DNA from: a virus
Taxonomy: Duplodnaviria > Caudoviricetes
DNA: 64,000 nucleotides
Strand: one strand, 5' to 3'
IMG/VR virus record: IMGVR_UViG_3300014204_000161
Coordinates: 14,916-78,915 of that record
Shown: piece after piece, positions 26,152 through 33,784 of the stretch
Numbering within the stretch: the first letter of the stretch is position 1
Layout of the letters: every line of letters starts with the position of its first letter
Program-made: the position numbers and the translations under genes
Notes under the pieces: generated by a model
Databases searched by the model: none
What the model saw: the letters and a program-made list of their open reading frames with translations, nothing else
Told to the model about the DNA's origin: nothing

Positions 26152-26307
26152 TTAATGTTTTTTCCAAATGAAAGTGTACGCTTGTTTACGAGAGCCTCGT
26201 AAACAAGCAGAAATGTTAGAAGACCATGATGGATGAATTTCTCTACGTTCCATCATATCTTTCCATGTTTTTATTAAAGTTCCATCTATTAAAAATTGAT
26301 CTATTCT
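26152..26307 (-). pseudogene. Homing-endonuclease relic: isolated NUMOD1 DNA-binding domain
   Basis: Frame reads RIDQFLIDGTLIKTWKDMME...SNISACLRGSRKQAYTFIWKKH*, preceded in frame by ATG-ATA-AGA-GAA-TAA-TAA. Confidence 0.7.
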
Positions 26308-26327
26308 TTATTATTCTCTTATCATGA

Positions 26328-27452
26328 TCAAAAATCACTATTACAGATGCGTACATCGTAATCTGTGAAGTTCTTGAAGTCAAGGTCATCTGCTTCTAAC
26401 CTTCTTTGCACGGTATCGCCCGGCATTGCGCGTTTTTCGAGTCGTTCCTTACGAACTTCCCAAGGAATATCCAAGTAAATGACTAGGCTCTGTTTTCTGT
26501 CCTCCGGTTTTACGTGAGACAGTCCAGCAGGAGTCATGATGAATATGTCGTCCGTATTGAACTGATCTTTTGTTGTTCCGTAAAGCCAGTTATTGAAGTA
26601 TACGTACTCGTAAAAGTCTCCGTGGTCAATCATCCTCTGAGCAAGCTCGTTATTGATGAAGTAATAATCCTTTCCGTGAACTTCACCGGGTCTTGGAGGA
26701 CGAGTGGTCATGCTGATAGACTGTTTGAAACCTCTCTCAATGAATTTTTCGCGCAAAAAATCTTTTCCTGAAGCCGCTCTTGCGACTAAAATAATTCTCT
26801 TGTGCATTGACTGTGACGAGATATTTTTTACGAACTCATCGAGTTCCTGTATTCTCTGATCAAGATAGTGATAGTAACGTTTCTGTGCCCAATCCGTATG
26901 GAAATGCATGGACATCATGAACGCTCTCTGCTTCGGAATAAATTCTAGAAGTGGAATCCCAAGTTCTACAGACAGGCCTTTAACAACATGGTCAATGAAC
27001 GTATCCTCCGTCCACTGAAGCAGATCAGCATCTCGGATGATTTGCTGACACTGATTCAGGTCGGAATCGTCAATGACATAAGGGTATTGAGTTGCTGAGA
27101 TTATGGTTTCGACCGCTTCCACATCAATCGGCACTGCACATAGAGGTTCAGTGTTCTTTGTGAATAACGTATGAACTCTGAAAATCTGTTTAGCTTTGAT
27201 GACGTTAAGGTGGTCATTGGTTCCAAAATGCCCGAAGTCATGGTACATCGCCGCAAGCAATAATAATCGAGTATCAGATTCACCCAGGTTAACGGATTTT
27301 GCTATTTCATAGCAATACTTTACCATACAGTGAAGGTGAAACAGGTTATGATACGGTTTCTCGTTTGACGGGTTATTGGTCTCGACCATTTCCCAGTACT
27401 TCTCGATTCCGTACTCTCTTGCTATTGTTGGTATGTTGTACTTTAGTTTCAT
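26328..27452 (-). CDS. HD-domain phosphohydrolase fused to a guanylate kinase
   Basis: YHNLFH...MYHDFGH...DADL (HD); ARAASGKD...TTRPPRPGEVHGKDYYF (GMK). Confidence 0.85.
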   Translation of the reverse strand: MKLKYNIPTIAREYGIEKYWEMVETNNPSNEKPYHNLFHLHCMVKYCYEIAKSVNLGESDTRLLLLAAMYHDFGHFGTNDHLNVIKAKQIFRVHTLFTKNTEPLCAVPIDVEAVETIISATQYPYVIDDSDLNQCQQIIRDADLLQWTEDTFIDHVVKGLSVELGIPLLEFIPKQRAFMMSMHFHTDWAQKRYYHYLDQRIQELDEFVKNISSQSMHKRIILVARAASGKDFLREKFIERGFKQSISMTTRPPRPGEVHGKDYYFINNELAQRMIDHGDFYEYVYFNNWLYGTTKDQFNTDDIFIMTPAGLSHVKPEDRKQSLVIYLDIPWEVRKERLEKRAMPGDTVQRRLEADDLDFKNFTDYDVRICNSDF

Positions 27453-27712
27453 TATGCTCTTGGCTGTGTTTCGATTTGTTCCATTGCTGCAACACCCATC
27501 GTTGTGATCTTGCGAATGATTGTCATAGCTCTTTCTTCATATTCAGGGAATGATTCCCTTGTGCAGATGTGAATGCCTTCGGTCAGGTAATCCTGCATGT
27601 AAAGCAGCCATTCTTCCGGCGAATGCTGATGATTGTTAACGTCATTGACCCATCTTTTATCCTAGTATACTCTTTCACCATCGATGAGTTCGTAAACCTT
27701 ACTCCTTTCCAT
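27452..27712 (-). pseudogene. Conserved small alpha-helical protein (MazG-like fold inferred) interrupted by an in-frame TAG at codon 17
   Basis: MERSKVYELIDGERVY*DKRW...HSPEEWLLYMQDYL...IRKITTMGVAAMEQ; TAG at 27662-27664; TAATG coupling to the next gene. Confidence 0.7.
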
Positions 27713-27726
27713 TGGTATGGATTATT

Positions 27727-29019
27727 TTAGACGGTTCTCTCTCCGTCGTAAATCGCTTTGACAACCGGGAACCTGAGAGAATTTTTTCCGTTCTGGTCCA
27801 CCGTTTCTTCAAAGTACTGAACGGTAATTGTTTTACCTATAAGTTCGTTCGGGTTTTGGAAATAGTGACGTCTTTGTTCGAGCGACCATCCTGAACCGAC
27901 GTCCACCGGACAACCTTTATGCAAGATCTTGGCGTTCTTAAGCATTTCTTCTTCAATTTCTTGACCTTCTACGATTACCCGGCAGAATGCCATTTCGCAA
28001 TCGATGACCTGGTACTCAGCATCGTGCATCTTTTTTACTTTGAGGAGGTTACGTGAACGTTTTCCTTCGTAACCGACGTTCTTACGAAGCATGATACCTT
28101 CGTATCCCATGGCTGCGGCGTCCGCAACGAGAACTTCGAAATGATCCTGGTTCTCAACGAGAATCTGCGGAAGAACTTCGGCATACTTGAGTTCAGCTCC
28201 GAACATCATGCCGTTCAGCATTACTTGGCGGGCAACGAATGTCGTGTCTCCGAATCCGCGTTCGAACTCGTCAAGTGGAATGAAATCGAACATGTAGTAC
28301 TTCGGAGCTTCGATCGTATGATCTTTCTTTCCGATCTGCTTGAGGATTCCCTGGAAGTCTTCATTTCCATTTTCTCCAATTAGACAGATTTCTCCATCAA
28401 GAACTACATTGCGAAGGTTGAGTTTCTTGAGGTCCTCAGCAAGTTTTGACAGGGTGAAGAACTCTTTTCCTTGACGTGAAAAGAACCGAATGCCTCCAGC
28501 TGCATCGATCACGGTAGCGCAACGACAACCGTCGAGCTTACGAGAAGCCCACCAAAGTCCCTCGTAAAAGTTGACTCTCTTTTCGTTTCCTTTGTACTTC
28601 TCAGCCAAAGCGACTTCGAATAGTGGAACGGTTCCGGGCATGATCTCATTGATGATGGTTGCTGTGGCCCTCGTTTTGAGGTTGCGATCGAACACCTGGT
28701 AGATGACGTCAGCGAATTCCGGATAAGAGTTGATGAAACCATTGACTGCTGCTACTACGTCATGCCCTGTGATGCGGCGTGCGCTCAGGTCATTTAAGAG
28801 GGTGAACAGATCTGTGTACCCTGCAGTTGACATGTGGTTGTTCTTGCGGAGGTTGTCCGAGCTGACATAATACTTCTTGAATGGGGTGTAAACGTAATTG
28901 AAAAGGTTTCTCAGGAAAGGAGTGTCGTACTTTTTGAGAATTTCTTTCTTGGCGTTTGTCGATGATGTGGCCTTCATTTCATCGATGAAGTTCGCCACGT
29001 GTCTGAGGTCGTTTTGCAT
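27727..29019 (-). CDS. ATP-dependent DNA ligase (T4 gp30-like)
   Basis: KLDGCRC active-site motif, LDGEI, EGIMLR, LLKVKK, VGSG, LRFPV. Confidence 0.95.
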   Translation of the reverse strand: MQNDLRHVANFIDEMKATSSTNAKKEILKKYDTPFLRNLFNYVYTPFKKYYVSSDNLRKNNHMSTAGYTDLFTLLNDLSARRITGHDVVAAVNGFINSYPEFADVIYQVFDRNLKTRATATIINEIMPGTVPLFEVALAEKYKGNEKRVNFYEGLWWASRKLDGCRCATVIDAAGGIRFFSRQGKEFFTLSKLAEDLKKLNLRNVVLDGEICLIGENGNEDFQGILKQIGKKDHTIEAPKYYMFDFIPLDEFERGFGDTTFVARQVMLNGMMFGAELKYAEVLPQILVENQDHFEVLVADAAAMGYEGIMLRKNVGYEGKRSRNLLKVKKMHDAEYQVIDCEMAFCRVIVEGQEIEEEMLKNAKILHKGCPVDVGSGWSLEQRRHYFQNPNELIGKTITVQYFEETVDQNGKNSLRFPVVKAIYDGERTV

Positions 29020-29090
29020 GTAGGTATTATACTACAAACCGTTCCTTTGAGCACAAAAAAGCCGCATTTTGTGCGACTGATTTGTAAAGT

Positions 29091-29834
29091 TTATAGAGAT
29101 TGGAATTGGCTCCCAATTCCATTCGATTTTAATAATGTATTCAAATGAGCAACTTCGTCTCTATCTAATTCCTGGCCGATCCAGTAAGCTAATGAACAAT
29201 CATTGGTGTATTTTCTGTTTGCTGCTTCGGATTTGAATTTTGCAAAATCTGTTACGTTTCCTGCGCCGTACGTGTTGTACCCCATTTTCAGGCTTCCAAA
29301 GTACTTTGCAAACTTCGTGAATTCATCCTGACTCTTTATTCCAGTGAATACATCAATTATTCCTTCTTCGTCTGTTCCCATGTCCTGCATAGCTTTCAAA
29401 AGTTTAAGAGTCAAATCGTCAAACTTTGCTGGATTTGCAGGTTGCACTGCTGGTTTTGGAGCGGCAGGTTTTGCTTGGCCACCGGCTGCTGGAGTGGCTG
29501 GAGCTCCTTTGCTTCCAGTTGCAGTGAATTTCGTGGCAGTATTCGTGTAAGAAACAATCCCAGTATCTTCAGCAACTTTCCATTCGACTGGAACCTGTGC
29601 GCCCTTTATTGTCAAAGTCAAAGTCCCCGTGTAAACTGGAGGATTAGCATTGACTTTAGCAACAACATCATTTTTCAATTGGTTCCAAGCAGTAGTAGCT
29701 TCTTGGTTGGTTCCTGTTCCGGACTTGGCTGCCAGAACTCCCGATAATGGATCAGCATCTTCTGTGATCATCTCAGAAGATTCGTTTATGAGAGCGAATC
29801 TTTTTAATTCAATGTCTCTGGCATAAGTGCTCAT
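29091..29834 (-). CDS. Putative internal virion protein with an annexin-like repeat
   Basis: Leader ...RFALINES; LLKAMQDMGTDEEGIIDVF matches the annexin endonexin motif. Confidence 0.65.
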   Translation of the reverse strand: MSTYARDIELKRFALINESSEMITEDADPLSGVLAAKSGTGTNQEATTAWNQLKNDVVAKVNANPPVYTGTLTLTIKGAQVPVEWKVAEDTGIVSYTNTATKFTATGSKGAPATPAAGGQAKPAAPKPAVQPANPAKFDDLTLKLLKAMQDMGTDEEGIIDVFTGIKSQDEFTKFAKYFGSLKMGYNTYGAGNVTDFAKFKSEAANRKYTNDCSLAYWIGQELDRDEVAHLNTLLKSNGIGSQFQSL

Positions 29835-29860
29835 GTTTATCATATTCGTGTCGTATGTTT

Positions 29861-30910
29861 TTAGAAGTACAAATTCGGAACTTTAGGGTTATTCGTTTTT
29901 ACCGAAACTACCTGAGCAACCGGAGCTGCCGCAGCGACTGGACCAAGAGCAGCATTTAACTTATCTGAAATTTCCTGAGTGATTGCCGTTATTGGAGTAT
30001 CCGGAGTTCCTATTACTTGTGCGATAGCCTTAGCAGTATTGTCTCCGAATTTACCGTCAGCTCCGCCTCTTTGTTTTAGCGTTTCAGCAGCAGGTCCGCC
30101 CTTAGTAATGATTCTCTGTTGCAATTCTTGAACAGATTTGTTGAACTGCAAATTCTTTGCGATGTTGGCGTAAGATGGGCCAGTCGCAGGAGGAGGTGTT
30201 GCAGGCGGTGGAGTCGCAGGAGGAGGTGTTGCAGGTGGTGGAGTAGCCGGAGGCGGAGTTTCCTGTTTAGGTTCTTCAATTTTAGAAGATGCATCGAGCA
30301 TGGATTGCAAATCGGCTTTCACTTCTGCACTGCCTATTGTCGATGCATCGTAAATCTTTAGATCTTCAAATAGAGGCATCGTAACTTCTTCCTTTACTGT
30401 TGGCACTGGTTGATCAGGAGTTGCGTTTGCTGCAGGGGTTGGAGTTCCATCAGGAATAGTAGCGATCGCAGTAGCCGATTGTAATTGATCCGGCGTGAAA
30501 TGATTTCCCTGATAGAACGAAACAGCACCCGTGTAAACGTAATCACCAACTGCTCTTGTCTGATCCTTCTTAATGTCGATAACCCCAACCATGTCAGATT
30601 TCAATTGACCACCAGTTACTTGGCTGCTAATCATTGATGTGAGTTCATCGATAGCTTTCCTTTTTGCAGCAGTAGGATCGATTTCTTCCGAGTTCACGTA
30701 CTTAAAATCGAATTTCAGAACCTCGCCCTTATTCGTGTCAGGTGTGCCCATTGCGATCTTAATCTTAGTATTGTCTGTGACCTGTTTACCGCGATTGTCA
30801 TTGTACACGGTCTTTTCTTTGTGACGATCCTCTTCCACCGTTGAATTATCAGTCGATTCGTTTAATGACCTCTGATATTCGGCGAAACTTTTTATCTTAA
30901 ACTCGCTCAT
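29861..30910 (-). CDS. Putative internal virion protein with a Pro-rich linker and C-terminal peptidoglycan-binding domain
   Basis: Leader IKSFAEYQRSLNES; (PPPAT)x5; VQELQQRI...GADGKFGDNTAKAIAQ. Confidence 0.7.
   Translation of the reverse strand: MSEFKIKSFAEYQRSLNESTDNSTVEEDRHKEKTVYNDNRGKQVTDNTKIKIAMGTPDTNKGEVLKFDFKYVNSEEIDPTAAKRKAIDELTSMISSQVTGGQLKSDMVGVIDIKKDQTRAVGDYVYTGAVSFYQGNHFTPDQLQSATAIATIPDGTPTPAANATPDQPVPTVKEEVTMPLFEDLKIYDASTIGSAEVKADLQSMLDASSKIEEPKQETPPPATPPPATPPPATPPPATPPPATGPSYANIAKNLQFNKSVQELQQRIITKGGPAAETLKQRGGADGKFGDNTAKAIAQVIGTPDTPITAITQEISDKLNAALGPVAAAAPVAQVVSVKTNNPKVPNLYF
30183..30260 (-). repeat. 15-bp tandem repeat encoding (PPPAT)5
   Basis: Five degenerate 15-nt units read directly. 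Confidence 0.85.
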
Positions 30911-30937
30911 GTATGTTTAGTATTTTTGAAGTTCAGA

Positions 30938-30970
30938 ATTATTTATTCGCGCGAAGTTCGAATAAATAAT
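30938..30970. promoter_or_regulatory. Back-to-back T4-type late promoters (NATAAATA)
   Basis: ATTATTTATTCG-N9-CGAATAAATAAT perfect inverted repeat between divergent genes. The same class occurs at ~1760, 8603, 8837, 10400, 14886/14905, 16394/16409, 19099, 21830, 23323, 45457, 46675, 49280, 56153, 56704, 57364, 58763. Confidence 0.8.
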
Positions 30971-30975
30971 AACCC

Positions 30976-32088
30976 ATGAACAAGTACATATTCGAATTCG
31001 CACAGTACGACAACCGACCTAAAGTTGAACAGTCATTTGGGATCCTCGGTGATATAGGCAGACGCTCCAAGTTTGGAGAACAAACTAGCTACTTCAAACG
31101 TTTGCTTGAACAAGCAGATAAGCTAGGAATAGATGCATTCGTGTTCACGGATTTCAATTCTGCTGGTGTTACTGGTTGGAAACTTCAGCACGGCCAATGG
31201 GTCGCAGAGCAGAGAGCTCTTCCAAAAGTTTTTTACAATCGAAGCTTTAGTAGGAGAAAGAATCTCGGAGGTAAGTCAAGCACACAGTACTTGACAGAAA
31301 TGGGATGCATTCCTTTGAATTCAGCAGGTTTCAGGAAATTAGCCCTAGACAAGCACATGACTTACTCTAGCTTGGTGAGCGAAAAACTTGGAGAACTAGG
31401 TCTTCCGTACACTGAAAAATTCAAACCGGAAAGTTTAGTTCCATTTATGACTGAACGAGCTAATGCAATACTTAAGCCAAGATTCGGTTCTGGAGGAAAG
31501 GGCATTATTAAGCTTAGCAAGAACGGCAAAGGTTATGAGCTTCAGTACAAGGATAACGTTCTTACTTGTCCAGAAGACCAACTGCTCGAAAGAATTGAAT
31601 CCATTAGGCAGAAAATGAAAACAGCGGACCGTCTCTACATAATTCAAGAGTACATTGCCCTCCCTAAATTCCAGGATTCAGTTTTTGACGTTCGAGTAAT
31701 TTACCAGAAAGGGCCAGATGGAAAACCGTATAGGACCGGAATGGCAGCCAGGGTTGCTGCTCCTAACCGAGTGACTGCAAACTTACATCAGGGCGGAGGA
31801 AAAGCTCCATTGAGCTCAATATTAGAAAGTCTATTCAATCAGGACATGAACGGCCCAATCGCAAATTCTATTCGTGAGTATTCAAAAAATATCTTCGAGA
31901 TCCTCGATAAAAAAGTAGGTCCAATCGGAGAGGTCGGAATAGACTTTCTGATCGATCAAGCAGGAAAGGTACACCTAGTGGAAGTAAATTCCGTTCCCGG
32001 GCGGAATCTGTTCAAAATATTGCCGAAAATTCGAGAGGCGGCCATCCGCCGCCCGGTCGAGTACGCTAAGTACTTACTGACCAAATAG
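30976..32088 (+). CDS. YheC/YheD-family ATP-grasp ligase
   Basis: P..FYNR, LDK, LPYT, KP..GSGGKGII, IIQEYI.L...FDVRV..QK, NLHQGG, GIDFLID...L.EVNS.PG. Confidence 0.85.
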   Translation: MNKYIFEFAQYDNRPKVEQSFGILGDIGRRSKFGEQTSYFKRLLEQADKLGIDAFVFTDFNSAGVTGWKLQHGQWVAEQRALPKVFYNRSFSRRKNLGGKSSTQYLTEMGCIPLNSAGFRKLALDKHMTYSSLVSEKLGELGLPYTEKFKPESLVPFMTERANAILKPRFGSGGKGIIKLSKNGKGYELQYKDNVLTCPEDQLLERIESIRQKMKTADRLYIIQEYIALPKFQDSVFDVRVIYQKGPDGKPYRTGMAARVAAPNRVTANLHQGGGKAPLSSILESLFNQDMNGPIANSIREYSKNIFEILDKKVGPIGEVGIDFLIDQAGKVHLVEVNSVPGRNLFKILPKIREAAIRRPVEYAKYLLTK

Positions 32089-32116
32089 AAAAAGAGAGCA
32101 AGTTGCTCTCTTTTTC
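32089..32116. terminator. Bidirectional terminator
   Basis: AAAAA-GAGAGCAAGTTGCTCTC-TTTTT between convergent genes. Confidence 0.8.
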
Positions 32117-32146
32117 TGTTTGAACTGGATGTTCGAACTATCTTCA

Positions 32147-32368
32147 CTATAGAATTTCAATAGCGTCTCCGCTTTTCAGCTTCGTGTGTGCCTGCTTTCT
32201 CTCATTCATGTCCATATCAACGTACTTTTTCCAGTACTTTTCGCAGACATCATTCATAAAATAATAAGCATCGCTGTTGGTCATGTAAAGGTTGAAGGAT
32301 TCAAAATCGGAAATCTTCGCCATGTGACAAATACTTTCCAGTGTCAAGTATCTCTTGTTGAATCCCAT
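32147..32368 (-). CDS. Hypothetical protein (MGFNKRY...)
   Basis: 73-aa ORF in an operon. Confidence 0.6.
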   Translation of the reverse strand: MGFNKRYLTLESICHMAKISDFESFNLYMTNSDAYYFMNDVCEKYWKKYVDMDMNERKQAHTKLKSGDAIEIL

Positions 32369-32373
32369 GTTCC

Positions 32374-32997
32374 TTATTCTTCTTTTTCAGCAGGGGCTTC
32401 CATTGTCTGAGGAGTGGTGTCTGGATTGTGGTCCAGTTTAGCATTCGCTTTTTCCATTTCGCGAAGCATGTTGATCTGTTCGTCAAGCGACCTCAGTTCC
32501 ATCATGACATTGTTCATGTTCATGGCGATACGGAAGAGTCTCTGTGCGGCTTCGAGGCCGGAACAGGTATGACGGTTGATGAAGAATGCGCAAGCTTCGA
32601 TTGCTGCGGCCTGGACAACGATTGCGTCTGTCTGCTTTTCTGCTTCCTGACGGGCAACTGCTGAAGAGAAGCCGAGGAAACAATTCATGAGCATGAAAGC
32701 TTCGTTCGGTCCGGTAACTTCGAATTTTCCCTGACAAGCATTCTTAATCCACTTGGCATCGGCTGCTTCCATTTTGACCTGCCAGAAACCGGTTCTGCGA
32801 GCGATTATTTTTTCGAGTTCGGTCTTTCCTTCATCGGGATCGACTGCTTCAGTTGGAGGAGCATCTCCTGGGTCGGTTGGTAAAATTTCTTCGGCAGAGT
32901 TCTCTGAACCTGGAACGATTTCTGGAATAGTCGCGGTTTCGACAGTATCTTCCTGATCGCCAACTGGAATCTGGTCAGTAATAAGTTGTTCGGACAT
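32374..32997 (-). CDS. Hypothetical protein, acidic N-terminus and helical core
   Basis: 207-aa ORF. Confidence 0.7.
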   Translation of the reverse strand: MSEQLITDQIPVGDQEDTVETATIPEIVPGSENSAEEILPTDPGDAPPTEAVDPDEGKTELEKIIARRTGFWQVKMEAADAKWIKNACQGKFEVTGPNEAFMLMNCFLGFSSAVARQEAEKQTDAIVVQAAAIEACAFFINRHTCSGLEAAQRLFRIAMNMNNVMMELRSLDEQINMLREMEKANAKLDHNPDTTPQTMEAPAEKEE

Positions 32998-33049
32998 GTT
33001 GATTTGAATTTATAAGTTTGTACTTAGAAATGAATTCAAAGTTTTCGAA

Positions 33050-33784
33050 TTACAGCAAGTAAGGACACTTTTTACCGAATTCGTCACGGTTAATGTACTC
33101 TGTCAAGTATGGAATTAGACTATTGGTTTCGATATGGTGTTTGAACCATTCCGGCATGTGTCCTATAAAATTCTCGTACACAGTAAAGTATAGGTGAGCT
33201 AGTTCAGGCTTCTTCAGTTTGAAGTTTTCCATTGCCAATAGTACTGGCCCGTTACTAGTAGTACCAACTCTGAACCGTAATAGGTCGGATTTAAGTGAAC
33301 TGTGTAATGACTCAGCTACTTGCTGTAAGTTACTTAGTTCAGGCAATCTATTCAGATTCAAGTGAACTGCTTTTCCATCAATGATCTTTCTTACTCCGAA
33401 TACTTTCCCCTCATGACAAGCGACCTGGTATTGGTCCTTTATTTTTGGACGATTGAAGTAAAGAGATCCCTTTTGCAAAGGAGCAGCATTGATGTGCCGG
33501 TGAGTTGTGAAAGTCTTGATTTCTGAAACCGGTGAAAGAACCGTAATTGGGGTGCTCAGTCGATTAGTGCTCAATCTGTTCGATACGTATTTTGGAATGA
33601 ATGACGACCCAGGAAAGCGATTGAACACCTGATAAGTTGAGAATGCATTGTCTTTTATTTCGATAACGACCTCAGCTGACCTATCTCCGAACAGTTCAGG
33701 CATGTCATTAGACTCACCAACCATTCCAATTTTTTTCGAAAAGGTCTCGATAGTCGGTTGAAATGTTGCGAAAGTTTCTATCAT
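33050..33784 (-). CDS. Hypothetical protein (possibly a degenerate ATP-grasp fold)
   Basis: 244-aa ORF coupled to the upstream gene; fold call is weak. Confidence 0.6.
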   Translation of the reverse strand: MIETFATFQPTIETFSKKIGMVGESNDMPELFGDRSAEVVIEIKDNAFSTYQVFNRFPGSSFIPKYVSNRLSTNRLSTPITVLSPVSEIKTFTTHRHINAAPLQKGSLYFNRPKIKDQYQVACHEGKVFGVRKIIDGKAVHLNLNRLPELSNLQQVAESLHSSLKSDLLRFRVGTTSNGPVLLAMENFKLKKPELAHLYFTVYENFIGHMPEWFKHHIETNSLIPYLTEYINRDEFGKKCPYLL

